This document shows positions 26,451 to 40,959 of a stretch of 64,000 bases of DNA, one piece after another. A program made the position numbers and the translations under genes. How positions within the stretch are numbered: the stretch's first letter is position 1; each line of letters begins with the position of its first letter. The stretch spans positions 90,088,001 to 90,152,000 of the forward strand of contig CM052816.1 in assembly GCA_028534125.1 (NCBI GenBank), read 5' to 3'. Source of the DNA: Lama glama. Lineage: Eukaryota. The notes under the pieces are model-generated. The model searched no databases. It saw only the letters and a list, made by a program, of their open reading frames with translations, and was not told where the DNA came from.

Positions 26451-28823
26451 TCACTATCTGATCCTTTATATTGATGGCCCAACCTAGCTCCCTGATATGA
26501 GTATCTCATATTTAAATACCTTTTCAAAGTATTTGTTAATACCAAGTTACTCGCATTGAAGCAGCTTGAGAAAAGTACTCATTCCTAAACTGTAGAAATA
26601 CACATTTGATAATATTTCAGCAAAAAATATTACTCATTTCAATATAGGAATGAAACACTGACTTTTAGAATTTCAAGAGTTGGAGGTTTTGAAAATGAGA
26701 ACCATATAAATGTAATTAGACTTAAGTTCTCGAATATCACATAAATTTCTTCCTCTACTTAAAAAAGCAGTCGTGTTCTACTCTACACAATATATTCTCA
26801 TTCTCCATATAATAAAATAAAATATCATCAAAGCACCAAATGCTTTCAAGTGTTTGACATCAGTGCAAATACGCCTTACTTGCTTATGTTTTAGGACACA
26901 TAGCTCTGTTTTATAATAAAAAAAAATAGTATTCCACCTCAAAGCATCTGGGTGAAGCAAAAGCTACATTTTTAATGTTGCACTTGAACATATAAACTAT
27001 TTTAGAAAAATGTCAACAAACTCTCATCCCATATTTACCGTCAAATGCGTTCACAAAGATTCTCTAGATTTCTGGTATAAAGTCATTTCTCAAAAATATA
27101 AGTAGATTTCTTGACACTGTAATTTTCTCATAGTGAGCTTCAGAGAAATGGTTGATGACGAAGCCTCCAGCTCTGCTCTGGTGGCCTGAAAGACAAATAG
27201 ATGTCACATCGATACTGTGGCGTATTGGCTGAGAAAGTGACACGTGGCTGTGTGTACTTTGAGGGTGAACTTTAAATAACAGGAAATGTTGGCAAGCTGC
27301 TCTAAAGTGGCTCAGTTTCGGGGAAATGGATGTACCATCTGCAAGGCTCAACTGAAATGACAAGCTTTTGAGGCAGAGAGAATAAATGCTCAATCCATTT
27401 GGCAGATAAATCAGGTCATGGATTGGTTTATTTAGCTCCAGTTTCACATAAACAATATACAGGCTGAAGCAATGAACCATCGCTAAATTCAACAGGAAAT
27501 TCCACTTGAGGTTATATCTACGTTCAAGCTTCAGATGGTCTCCACTCTCCCATTCCATCTCTTTGCCATGTTCCTGCCATGGCTTGCCAATGCATTTTCG
27601 TAGTTTAGGTAGCAGAACCTATTTGAACAACACATAGTCTCTAGCCGAAGAATAATACATTAAACTGTCACCATTCCAAAACCTACCTAATTTTATTTCT
27701 AAAGTAGAAATATATGTGTAGAGATAAAAATATAAATTCTGAATATAAACTCACATTTCTGAAAAAAATTGCGGACATCTATCTAGCCATGGTAAAATGT
27801 ACGTTCCTAGCATTTCAAGGCCACGTTCACACAGCGATCTCAAATCGTCTTCAGTGCTCTCAGCAACTAATCTTCCACAGACAGCAGCCATGCACGTCTT
27901 CTTCTGCTTTTGATCCTTAAATATAATCTTACTTTGCATTGGTTAGTGTAATGAAATACTAGGTTCCAGTTCTGCTTGACTTCTTGTGTCTATTTTATAG
28001 AATTTCATGCTACTCTAGAGAGGAGAGGCAAATTTGATTTTTCAATTTTGATGAAAGAATATGAACCACATTTCACCTTCGTTCTCTTTGTGAAGGTCAA
28101 CGTTCAATTACGATAGAGCCTTAAGATTCAAGTTCTTTTTCCAATCTCCTAGGATCCAAAGCAACAAATTCAGCTGAAGAACTTAATTAAAATCATTCTC
28201 TATGTATACTATCAGAATATTTTATAATAGTTGGATTATAAGGTGATATCTTATATAGAGCCAGAAAGTCTGTGTTTATTCTCACTGCAAAAATCTTAAA
28301 GAAAGAAAAAACAGTTTTTTCTTTCATTTTCCTTTTTCTTTGACAAGAGATATGAAATGAGATTAATCTCTTTTCCTGTAATTACTTAATAATTTTGTTT
28401 TGTTTTTCTTTCAATTTGAGATATTATCAGGCAATAATAAGACTCATAAAATCCTCCATTTATTGCTTATCTGTTTTGCCAATTTGAGTTACAAAATATT
28501 TACTGCAACAGGTAGGGTCAACTTACCCACATGATGTTTTGAATTATATAATATTTTGTATTGCATATATAATATGTATTGTATACATTACACATATACA
28601 ATAGTTTGAGGATATTATAATTTAATTTAATGTGAAATCAATAAAACAATTTGTTGAATACGGCACTATGAGATTTAGATATAAGAAAAATGAATATGTA
28701 CCCAAATACTCTTTACTTTTACTTTTAATATAGTGAAAAATATTGGTCCAGATGTAATGAATATTCTTGCTTCTGCACCGGTAGAGGCTGAGCTCATCAT
28801 TTGGTTCCATTATCCTCTTACAG

Positions 28824-29266
28824 TGTGTCCTGAGCTATTGTCTCTTAGCTACACTGCACAGATCCTTTTTCAGGACTGAAGGACTACCTCTTCAGACACT
28901 GAGACTGCTGCTGCAGACTGTCCTCAGCTGTCCCTCTCCTCCAGGACTTGCCCTCTGTTGAAGAGGGTGTCACGCCCAAGCTTATTCCTTCCTCCAGGGG
29001 GCAGCCCACATGTAATGATCAGCCAGTGTGAGATAGTAAAGCCTTGTCCCTTCTCCCAAACTCCAGAGCCCTGAAAAGGGTGAATCCGATTTTGGAGTTT
29101 ACTGTGGGTGATGCACGACTTAATTGTGATGGCATTGACGTCTTAATTCTCCTTCTGCCACACCCTGCTTTCTTTCCTTTCCTCAAGAAGTATTAAAGCT
29201 GAGAATACTACCGCATAAGTTTCCTGCACTCAGTAATCCACGTCTCAAGGGAGTCTGACCTTCAAT
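28824..29266 (+). mobile_element. LTR16-like ERVL 5' LTR
   Basis: ctccttctgccacaccctgctttctttccttt...ttcctgcactcagtaatccacgtctc resembles LTR16 R/U5; directly followed by internal sequence. Confidence 0.75.
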
Positions 29267-31200
29267 AGTTTGTACCAGATTCAGTCCAATAAAGTAGATG
29301 TTACAATGGGATATTAGAGCTGGATTACCCAGCATTGGCACTACCCAGTTGGCAATGAGGGCCTCATCACTGGTCACATGTGGAGCATGAGTCCCTGGCA
29401 GACTGAAGTGTAACTGTTCAGCTTTTATTAGTGGTGAGCTGGGGTTGTATACCTGTGACTGAATTGCCCTAGTAACTGTAGTGACAAATACAGTGGAAAG
29501 AGTAAGTATAATACAGTGGAATTGGATGGTTCGTGTTCAGGGTGATTAATTATGCTTTGATAAAGACAAGTGTGAAAATCAGAGGTCCTCCTTTCAGCAT
29601 ATCTCATCTTCTGAAGCTGGAAAGCAAAGAAAGCTAAAGAAAAGCCATAGAAGTTAACCATAAAAGTTCCAAATAAGGACAAAGTCTCAAACTAGGCAGG
29701 TCCACTATGTTGAAGTCAAGACTGTGATAGAAAGACTGGGACCCTGGTACAGAGGATGGTGATGTCAGAATGAATGCCCTTGAAAACAGTGCATCCACCA
29801 AACCCACCTACTGAGGGATAGTGAGTGCTCTTGTCTCTGAAAATGATGCAGAAGACGCTTCCTTGCAAGAAAACAAGACTTCCCTCAATATTTGCCCCCA
29901 CATTTCTTCATATGTTCATGACATACCCGGGGTTGAGAAGGTCTAGACCTTTCTAGGGAGAAAAGAAAATATATGCAGAAGGAGCTACAGGACCTAAGCA
30001 AGACGTGTCAGAGGAGACTGGCTAGTGTGTATAGGACTGAATCTTAAGGGTGCTGGATCAATTAGGGGTGGAAAGTAAAGTTGGACAAGGAAGAGTTTAC
30101 TGAATCAATAACATTCTTCTGGGATGCAGCATCTAAAATCTTGACGAGAACCCTGAGAGATAGAGTAAATATGCTACCAGGATGGGTTGAAGAAGCTTAA
30201 AGAAAGTGATAACCAAAACTTAGTGAAATAAAAGTGTCTGACTTTATAGCACAGGGAAATATATACAAGATCTTATGGTAGTTCACAGAGAAAAAAGTGT
30301 GACAATGAATATGTATATATATGTTCATGTATAACTGAAAAATTGTGGTCTGCACTGGAATTTGACACAACATTGTAAAATGATTATAAATCAATAAAAA
30401 ATGTTTAAAAAGAAGTGTCTGAACTATCATGGGCAACAACAGAAGAAATGGTCAAAAGGTTTAGGGACTTGGACATGATAGAGTTCTTATTCTGTGTAAG
30501 GCCAGGAAGTCCACCAGCTACCTAAAGTCATAAGGGTCCACTGGTGGTAGGGAAACGTATCACTGGGAGGTGGTCTGATGGTGGGAGATTCTGTATAGAA
30601 ATGAGCACCCCAGTAGCAATGGAGAGGTGGAAAAGATGACCAGGAAGCTGGTTACAGTTGCCATTGTAATGCTATGATCCTTTGCCTAGTTTCTGAACCT
30701 AGACCAATTTTTAGAACTAAAGCCCATTATGTAAAGGAGTGTCATGTCCCCGGGCAAAGGACCCCACAACACTAGAGCGAGTGTGTGTACTAATGGCCCA
30801 GTCTTTTCCCAAACGGATCTACGGTGACTAGCTAGAATAATAGTACAGAGGGGGAAAGATATTTTAAGGACAACCGAACATGGATAGAAGGTGATATAGA
30901 TTCTCCGGGATTCACAGCCTCATCACGAACCCCCTATTAAAGTGGGGACATATGGAGGACAAGTAATAAAGTCCTGATGTTCGTCCACTCAACGTGGTTT
31001 ACCGGGATTATGGATGTCCCCGGTGGCAATATCTCTCCCTGCCAATTAATTGTTGGAATGGACTTACTGGGGAGTTGGCAGAATTCCTATGTTGGTTTTT
31101 GGCCTGTAGGATGGAAGTTTCTCATTAGAAAAAAACTAAGCTGAAGCCTCTGAAACTCCCCCACACTGAGAAAGATGGTTGAGAGAACAAGCACATCCCA
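29267..31200 (+). mobile_element. Decayed ERVL-class internal region (gag-protease remnant, ERV3-16A3-like)
   Basis: Begins agtttgtaccag (ERVL PBS-like); from 31049 translates IVGMDLLGSWQNSYVGF, resembling the ERVL protease-region motif IIGIDILSSWQNPHIGS; many stops and frameshifts. Confidence 0.75.
30242..30412 (+). mobile_element. Young 5'-truncated camelid-type L1 3' end with TSD
   Basis: gcacagggaaatatatacaagatcttatggtag...tttgacacaacattgtaaaatgattataaatcaataaaaaa; flanked by AAGTGTCTGA at 30232-30241 and 30413-30422. Confidence 0.9.
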
Positions 31201-34200
31201 CCAGAACAGAAGATACAAGCATCACCCTGCATTTGTTATCTATTTCTCCACTGCAGAATTTTGTACAAACTGTTACATGTGCCTATAAAGTCTCTTTGCT
31301 TCTATTCCATCTCACAAAGTACTGCTAATGCTTCAAACTTAGTTCAGTCCTCACTTCCTTCAAAACCTCCCTTATACTGCCTTAATTAGATCAAGTCCTC
31401 CTTTTATGGTACAATATCACATACCTTTACTTTGTGGTACTTATCTTTCACATACATGATTATTTGACTAAGCAAATTTTATATACTAGGATATAAGCTC
31501 CATGGTGTCTTATTTTATATCAGAATATAGGGTGAATTCAGGAAATACTATGATGAATAACTTGATTATATCTAGACTTTCTGTATTGCTAACCGCAGGA
31601 AATTTTACATTGTGCAATTTGATATGTCTTACAGAAAAAGGTGTTTGTTAAACATCAAGATCTTATGGATTCCATAGTACTTTTTTAGGAGAAAAAAATC
31701 TATTATACTATCCATCTCTGAAATAAGAAAGAGAAATGGATTTAAAACCTAGGAATTAAGGCTAGTTCTGAGAACATTTAAATACAAGGAAAAAAAGAAA
31801 TGTTATATAAAATCTTAAAGTGAAAGCATATATATGAATGAATATATATATATATGAATGGATAAACAAATACATATGGTATAATATACCTAATATTCTC
31901 ACAGAAATTCATGCACATTTCTATGTGAGTACAAAAAGAGGAATATGTAATTCTTTAACTAAAGATGTTAACCTAGGGAAATTTGTGGGAGGGAACAGCA
32001 TCCTAACTGAATTTTAAAAACGAGAGAGGTTTTACCTGGAAAATATAAAAGAAAGAGCAGGAGAAAGTATCATTTATTTAGCACAAGGCACAGTTTTAAT
32101 TACCTTTATAGATAATCTTATTATAAACAACAACTCCGTAAATTAAATCCAATAGTCCTACTCTATAGAGACAGCAGGGAAGGAATAAATATTTACAACT
32201 ATGCAACGGGTGCTATACCAGCCTTATAAATGTACTTGTTTAAAACTCAGAGCACAGACTTTAGGTTTTAGTACTTCCATTTAACATGTGAAAAAGCATA
32301 AACTAAAGGAAATATTTAATTTGCCAAAGGTCACAGACCCAAAATAATAATCAAGACATACTTTGAACACAACCCTGCTCCACTGATTTGAAAAAAGTAC
32401 CCTCAGTGTCAAGCAAATCACATGTGAATTTAAGAAGTTACAAACAAATCTGGCAGAATATCAGACTTTTATTGAATATATTATTTACTTACTGTACAAA
32501 AGCAGCTTTGTAAAGATGTCTGTAGAAATTAACTCTGTGTTGGTGTTTGAAATAATATGTATTATAATGAAAAAGTGATGAAAATTTATTGTCTTTCTAT
32601 ATTCTATTTTTTACAAGTTTTCAATTATGTACAAGATAGAGATTTACATGAGGAAATACAAATGTAAAGAAAATGACAAATACGTTCGAATAAGAATCCA
32701 CACATTTTCACAAAGCATGTAATTATTTTAATGTCTTTGATTTCAAATTACAATGTATAAGATCTCTATTGAAGAGTAACATGTACAATAATATATCCAG
32801 TACATTGTGTTACTTTTAAGGGAGATTTTTAAATTTTAAACTTTCGTTAATATTACATGAGTTTATCTTCTCAAAGTCACACCCAAGAAGTAAAAATGTA
32901 GGGCAAATGAAATAACCTAATATTTAAAAACCCAGAATCCTGAACCCTATAATGATTTATTTATGAGCCATCTGGTGATATAAGCATGAAGGTAGGGTCA
33001 AATGTGCTCTATATGCTTGGAAAGAAATAATTATTCAGAAAGAAATAATTAGGTTTTATGACTGAAATCCCAAGGCTAGCTGCAGGATTTAGGTAACAGA
33101 CTTTTCTTGCAAGAAAAAAAAATTCTATAAACGTTTCATAATATGTATAATAGAATATTATGTATATATAAAGATTTTATCATATATAATGTACATACAA
33201 GTATATATACACACAGCTATTGCATGATTTCACCATAGCAAGAAAGACAGAGCTACAACATTTTATCTAGGGGATTACAAATGCAAACAGATACAGTGAG
33301 TATGACTCATTCTGGGTTCTTAAGGGAGGCGGGGGCAACCCAAGGGAGTACGGCCTTCCATTTCTGTTATTACCAGCATTCATCAATTTTTGCCTCCCCA
33401 TCTGTCACATGTGTTCTGTGGACATGCACAAATGCATGTCCAGGGTTACACAAGGGATGGAGTGGGGAATGGGGTGAAACCATTTCAGTTTCTTTTCCAT
33501 GAGTTTGTAATTTACATTCTGCTTATATGTGGGTAATTAAATTTTTCTGCACGTTGCCATCTAAAGACCAATTTAAACTTAAAATAATATAGGCTATTAC
33601 ATTTTCTGTTAAAATACCATGCACACACGTACCTAACTGCATTTAACTTTTTTTTTCCTTTTGAAATCACTTTTCATTTATTTACTACCCAATTGGTGTC
33701 TAAACAGTCAGGAAGCTAATGATAAAATATCCAGGCTACACATTGTTTTAATTTGTAACCAAGGCATTCTAATTTTCTTCTTATTTGTGTGTCAAATTCT
33801 TACTAATATTTCTGAAACAAGTAGAAGGGCTATAAATTATAACAAGCCCAAAGTTTTTTTTTTTTCGTGAAAAAGACACTTTTGACTATAAGCCAAAAAT
33901 TAAAATGAAAATTCTCCAATTTTTAATCAACGATGTAAACCAAGGCAATGGAAATCAAAAGCAAAAATTTGGAACAACTTTAGGAGGGTGTAGATGCAGT
34001 TATGGTAATAAGTTGGACATAGATCATCACATATAGTCACATGTATTGTAAACTGCACAATTCCATTATACATTTACAGTTACAATGATTTTTATGGTGC
34101 TCCCCATCAGCATCAAGTTGTGTAACATGGCAGCCTTGTCCATCTATGTTTTAAACATGTATTGTGTCTATAACAATGAAAGCAAAAGCTTATTAAAGTC

Positions 34201-35279
34201 CATGGAAGTTTCAGATGCTTGAGTTTTACACAACAACAGTCAGAAATACCACTTATCTTTGTTCTCATCTTAATAATCTATCTCCATTTTGCTATGCATA
34301 TGAATAATCTTACCATCATTTGAGTAATGCAAACTTGACTAATCCACATTACTAAATCAACATATACAGAAAATAGATATTGGTTCTCACTGAAGGGATG
34401 AAAATATGTTTCACATCCTCAAGAATTTTGGGTGGTGGTGGCGGAGGAAAGCACTCAAATATTTACAAGCATTTCTCATCTTCTCCAAACAAATGAGGAT
34501 TCGAATAATTTATATCAGTATGAATATAAGCAGTTTACACCTAGCAAGGAACCATAGAGGATATAGTGCAGAGTTTATCAATAATACCCTATTCCCGTGC
34601 ATTTGTTTCCTATAGGGCATAACTAAGCCATCAACAGCCTTCATTCCACTGAATATGTCATTTCTGTTTGTCCTGGTATAGGCAGATCAGAAGCATCACT
34701 CTCTCCATGCCAGAATATTGGAACTGGGCTCCCAGTTACAATTGCCCCATTAAATAACTAAAAGCCCAGTGTCAACTGTCAAGAGCTGCCAAACTTACTC
34801 AAGCCTGGTATATAAGTATGTTATTTAATACTTCTACAGCATTAACTTCGATAAATATACAAGTCAGACAAATGGATTCCAGTCTCCCTTTTTATTAATT
34901 AAGAAATAATGGGTCCTTCAGATGGGTTTTCTACATCTCAGTTATACTTTGCATTATCAAAAACTACATATTGTTCAATAGTGGAAAATCTTCAAAGCTC
35001 AGTTATGTCAAGATACATAAAATCATTCCTTTGGTTTCCCATACAACACGTTATACATTCCTCTTTCAAAAAAAAAAAAATGAAGGCACTAATTTAGATT
35101 TCTTCCCATCACTGTTAAAGTGTCTTGAGAAATACAATAGCAGCTTTTCAAACAACCTTAAGAGAGATAGTCCTATGAAGCCCTTCAGAACTAAAATTGA
35201 AATGCTGAAACAGCATTGGTAGGGTTTCCACTAAGGTGTCACTGCAGCCGTGGTAATGGAGCAGACAGCCCTGCTTTCA

Positions 35280-35612
35280 TGGCTGGTCCTTTAAGTGTTT
35301 GCTCAAGTGTTACCTGCCCAGTGGGGTCTACTCTGATCATGCTATTTAAAAAGGTACTGGACACGTAACATTCCAGTCTTTCTTATCATGTTTTTTTCCA
35401 ATTTCTTTTCCATTTTTCCCAGTACTTTCCAATCTCTAACATTTAAGCTTTAGTTATTTACTAAGTTTGTTGTCTATTATCCGCATCACCTCAATAGAGT
35501 GTAAGAAGCTCCACTCAGAGAGATTTTTATTTTGTTCGTTGACATTCAGAGTTGCCCAGAACAGTGCCTGGCACAAAAGAGGTGACCAATGTTTGCTGGA
35601 CAAATGAATAAA
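35280..35612 (+). mobile_element. L2a 3' end
   Basis: tttgctcaagtgttacc...cccagaacagtgcctggcaca...tgtttgctggacaaatgaataaa. Confidence 0.8.
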
Positions 35613-36440
35613 AGACCACAAAGTTCTACATAAACCCATAATCTAATAGAAATCCAATTAGCAGACATCCTCAATATTTATGGGCAAATAGTTTTTAAAT
35701 AGATTTGTAAAATATAGTTAAGTATGGCTGCTAATGATCCCAAGTCATGAACACCCCCAAGTTTCTAAATAGAAATATTAATGGAAGATAGACTGCTTTA
35801 ATAAACACATTTATGTAAAACAAGGAAAGGGTAAATTCTTTCTGTGGCCATTGGTCTAAAAATTTCCATCAGTGGAGCGAGAGCCCACCTCCTTACTGCA
35901 CACAGCAAGTACAGGAAAAGGGATGAGGGAACTTGGGAGAGAAATTCCACTTTCCTTTTTATTGACTTCTATTCTCACATCTCAGAGTGACTTTGGCAAG
36001 AATTTCCTTCCCAGACTCAGAACCAGTAAAACATCCCAGTGGTTTGGAGGCCTAAGAATTGCCCTAGGGGTTGGAATATCACCAGCAATTCTGTCTCACA
36101 TCTTTAGTGCTTTTCCCTTTGGCAATTAAAACCCAAATGGGTTGACTAGCATTTTATATACTTGAGACTTCATGTTTCAGTAAGGAAGATTAAAAAGATC
36201 ACTTTGCAAGTTATGGTCCTTGAGTTTGGATCCCAGCCTTAAGATTTTTGTCTCTTATAAGAATAGTGGGTGATCTTTCTTTCTGTTCTCCTAATGCTTG
36301 GTTTATCTGCTTCTTGGATTCTGTTTCACAGGAGCCATGGATATAGGGCAGGATAATCTGCTCCTGCTTTCAGGCTCTTGACTTCTCACAAAGTGGGCAG
36401 TTTGCTCTGTTTTGATAGAATGTGTGGCATTCCTCTAGTT

Positions 36441-36635
36441 TAGGGGTTGTCAGGTGTTTTTTAAAGGGCCAGAGAGTAAATATTTTTGTCTGTAGGATCC
36501 AGATGATCTCTATCACAGCTGTTCAGTTCCGCCATAATAGGACTAAAGTGGTCTATGGACGACATGGAAAAAATGGGTGTGGATGTGTTCCAATAAAATT
36601 TTACGCACAAAATTAGGTGGTTGGCTGGATTTGAT
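36441..36635 (+). mobile_element. MER58A-like hAT-Charlie element
   Basis: taaagggccagagagtaaatattttt...aatgggtgtggatgtgttccaataaaatttta...ggctggattt. Confidence 0.8.
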
Positions 36636-37599
36636 AACGTGCTTAAACGCTCTTTAGTGTAAAGTAGAGAATTTGACTTCTTCCATTCTGCTCAGTGCAT
36701 AGTCATTTCCATTTTGGACATTCTAGAATGTGAACAGCAGAATAGCAGGCAATGAAATACAGTGTTGGTCCCAGCCTGATTGTGGGTGAAAGAAATTAGC
36801 ATATTCTTTGTTTCCTTTGGTTCATTTGTACACAAATCATAGTTCCTTAATTTCTTGACACCTAATCAAAAGCTGATAAACTTCCTCTATCTTAATGAAT
36901 TTTGTAGTTTCTATTTTGTTATGCTTACCAAAGATGCTTTTATATGAATTGTTATATCTGATTTGAAAATATTTTGACAATCAAGTTATAAGAGTAAATA
37001 CATAAATTTATGATATTAAAATTAATATCAGATGATATAAAACATTCAGCTCTTAATTTACTAAGATTTTCTTAAATTCACACTGCTTCCCAAATTTTGA
37101 GATTTGTTTTTGTAAGGTAATGAATTTACTTGTTCATCCTCTTGAATTGGAATTACCATAAATAAAAGTAAGTCTTGGTGTTCCTGAATTTTAAGTGCAT
37201 CAGAAAGCTATTTATGAATGATTTACTTTGACATCCTCCTTGGTTTGAAGCATGCCCTTTTACTGCAGGAGCTAACAGCAAAATGAAGTAGGCAAAATTT
37301 ACAAAACTCTGAAAATTTTCCACTTTGTTCCTTAAAGCTCTAGCTTTGGTAAACAACCACGGCCTGAATCAGGATTTATCTAAATCAAGTACTTTGGCAC
37401 CACATAATAAGAATGAATAATTTCCTAGGTAGAAATGAGAAATGTATTAGCACCCCACACTAATACTCAGCTCAGAAAATTTCCTACGTTTCACACTGTC
37501 ATTCTTAGTGTCTGCCTCTTCCATTGCCCACCCTGCCAAAAACAAAACAAACGAGCAAACAAAAAACAAAACAAAAGCAGTTCCACCTAGCAACTTCTG

Positions 37600-38190
37600 T
37601 GTTCATTGGGATTCTGTAATTGCAATTGAATGAATAGAAACTAATTCAAGTTAAACAAAATAGGAAGTGGGAGGCTCGTTAAACTGAAAAGCCCTGGGAT
37701 AAAGCTGATTTTGCACACAGTCAGATAACAGGGCTTTGATGATGTCAGTAACACTCTGCCTCTTTCTATATTTCATATGGTCCTTCCATCATACATAAAG
37801 ACTCTCAGATGCAAGTAAAAGCATATTCACCTACAATAATTCAATACATAACATACATACGACATCTCATGTGATAAGAAAGTAAAAGGCAATAAACCAC
37901 TGGCTCAAAATGTCAGGACATGACCTCAAGATGGGAGCTGAGACTGGATATTACATCTATATTTTAGAACTAAAGAATTGGAGGGCAAACGAGTCCAGTG
38001 ACATGACTTCTTTTTAAGGAAAATATAAAAAGCTTTCCCAGAAGCCTCCTAGCAATTATACATTAACATCTGGTTGGCTAGAACCATGTCACATACACTT
38101 TCATAATGATAAGAGACATCACGAAAGCAGCTATCGTTCAGCCTTTCTAAAGGAAAAAGAGCTTGGGAAGGGGTATTCAGTTAGCCAACC
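37600..38190 (-). mobile_element. Old MLT1 (J/K-like) LTR
   Basis: ctttcccagaagcctcctagc...ttggctagaaccatgtcacat motifs. Confidence 0.55.
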
Positions 38191-38498
38191 AACCATGTAC
38201 ACCAACAGGCTCTAAGAATAAGGAAGATAGACCATATGGATATTGACAACTAATGATCACATGATACTAAATAAGTTGGGAAGAGAAATTTCTTTTTACC
38301 AAAGTTGACACCAAAGGCCTGGAAAGGTGCTGACTGATCAAACTTAGTTCATTTTTCTCTGAACCTGTCATTATACTCAGAGGTTTAGGGCGTGCTGTTA
38401 AGGATCAACTTAAGATCAGCCCCTCCCAAATCATACAAAATGATTTCCATATTGTAAAGTGGCATTCTGTTATCCGAAGTAAGAGGAGGGACACAGAG

Positions 38499-38992
38499 TA
38501 TGTTAGTTTTCTGTTCCTGTGTAACAAATTACCAAAAGTTTGACAGTTTAAAACAAGCCCCACTTATTTCACATTTTTCATGGGTTAGGAGTTCAGGCGC
38601 AGCTTAGTTGAGTCCCCTGTACAGGGTCTCAAACAGCTGCCATCAAGTTGCTTTCGAGGCCAGAGTCTGATCCCAAGCTCAAAGGATTGGTGGCAGAATT
38701 CACTCACAAGCAGCTCTGGAACTCATGGTGGATTGCTTCTTCAAGGCCAGGAGGAGCAAGATGTTGCTGACCTCAGACCCAGGATTATGTTTCCTTTGAT
38801 TAACTTTAAAATCTACTGATTAGAGACCTTAATTGCATCTTTAAATATGTCTTAACCGTAGCCATTTCATGTTGTTGATATAGGAGTGATTTCCACCATC
38901 ATCACAGTACTAGTCCACACTCAAATGGGGCTATAGGAGGTGGACCCTAAAGGATGGGAGTCCTAGAGAACTTCTTATAATCCCACCTGTCG
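38499..38992 (-). mobile_element. MLT1E/F-type LTR
   Basis: tatgttagttttctgttcctgtgtaacaaattacc...tgggttaggagttcaggcgcagcttag...ttcttcaaggccag. Confidence 0.8.
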
Positions 38993-40959
38993 CTTAAGTC
39001 CTCCCTGTGAAAATTAATGCATAGCTAGGGTAATACGAATGAAAAAGACTGACCCCATAGATTCATCAGGTTAAATAAGGGTAACAAAAAACTGAAATTT
39101 TGAGCCTATATGGCAATCTACTTCAAGTCATCATGCTTAAATGACATTAAAAAAAAAAAACTCTAAGAAAGTTTTCTTATTGTGTAATATTTCCAAAATG
39201 AGATATTTATTTAGTGTGAGCCTAAACGGAAAAAGGAAAAGTTAGTTGATTTTTACTTGCTGTCTTCTGTATAACTGATATTTCTAATGTTGATTAAACA
39301 GATTTTGTATCATAACTAGTAACAGTCTATTTGTGCCTAAAGGAAAGTGAGATTGTAACAGTGACATGCATTTCAATGTGGAAAAACCAAGCTACAAGAA
39401 TTAAACATGATATTTTCTCTTACTGGGAATAAGTGTGGAGATAATCCATATGGAGGAAAATATTAAAATCTAAAAAGGAAGATATTTTTAATTTAACCCT
39501 CTTAGTGAAAATGTGCCTTTTCTAATTTTGTTTTCTTTAATGAAGGTTGAGGATAGAAGTCTGAAAAAGAAAATGTTTATTGAATAGCTATACATAATAT
39601 TACAAAACCATATTACAAAGATACTGAAAAATATGTACATATATAGAGGTGGAACATTTAAATGAAGTTTTATGTCTACAGGACTTTGGTGCGGGAAATA
39701 AAACCTTAAATTTACTCAGAAAGCAGATTTTGCACCCTATCAAAATGTTTAAAATGTCCCAATTAATAAGTATAGTTCTTCTGTAACGTAAGTCAAACAG
39801 TTTAAAAAAAAATCATGGTAGATCTTCTTTTAATAACCTTAGCTAGAATTCCCTGATACTGGTAAGAAGTCATTTCTGACACTCCAGTAGCAATTTGCAT
39901 GTGATTAGAAGTAATGTTTTTGCATTTAATTCCGAACACTTATTTTTAACTCGTCAAACACTGCTCTGATAGAGAGTGGCCCTGCACATTATGAGGATCA
40001 AGAGCAATGTTATCACAGCAAAAGACATCGATTGGCCTGAATATGACCAGTGAATTCTAAAGCACAGGCCACAAAGGATTTTTTTAACGTATGGAAAAAA
40101 TAAGCCAAAGAAAAAAGTCATAGAAGGGCTAGAAATGTCTAACTGATACACTTCACATAAAATAAAGTTTTTTAAAGATAGTCTCCTTGAAAACAGAAAG
40201 AAAAATAGACTTCTTCCTATATATAAGGTTTAGCAGACTTCATAATGAAATCTTAATTCTTTCTGCTGTGTTAGACCATTTATTCACTTTCATTTCAAGT
40301 CATAGTCCTTTAACTGGTGCAGAATTTACATATGGCTCCTCATTCAAATGTGTCATTAAGATTCAGGCTATGTGACAGGGCTTGGAAATGATCTTCAGAC
40401 ATCTGTCTCTGGAACGCTTAAGGAGTTAGCTACACCAAACAGACCCTGGACACATATCAGAATATGCCCCTGATGCTCAAATAACTTAAAAGCAGAATTT
40501 TATCATTCTGTGGATATGGTCATCTCTGTCAAGTTTATGGAAGCAATAGAACACACATCCAGCAACTCTAGGGAACAATGTTCCTATTTTGCATTGTAAT
40601 ACCTACCAAGAAACACAGTACATTCTGGAAAAGAGACAGAGAGATGGAATTTTGAGCTAAAAATCTGAAATCTTGATGCAGGAAAATTTCACTTGGGTCC
40701 AATTCACAGTATACTTATTGATCCAGTCTAGCTGTGGGTGGGGAGGGGAGCTACAGAAGGAGTAGAATTTAACATTTATGGAAATTTTCTGTTTGAAAAA
40801 TTATCTGTAATAACAAAAGGAGAAAATAACTCGAGTTACAGACACAGGAATCTGTGAGTTTGTGTGTCTGATTTACTGGTTATGAAAATTACAGAGAAAG
40901 CAGGCACATTTACCTAAAGTAAATTGATGGCTAAACACCCTGATCCTCTTGCTATCTCT

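Noticed and set aside
37820..37880. G-poor stretch reminiscent of mitochondrial control region (NUMT)
   Set aside because: Too short and low-complexity; no recognisable mitochondrial match
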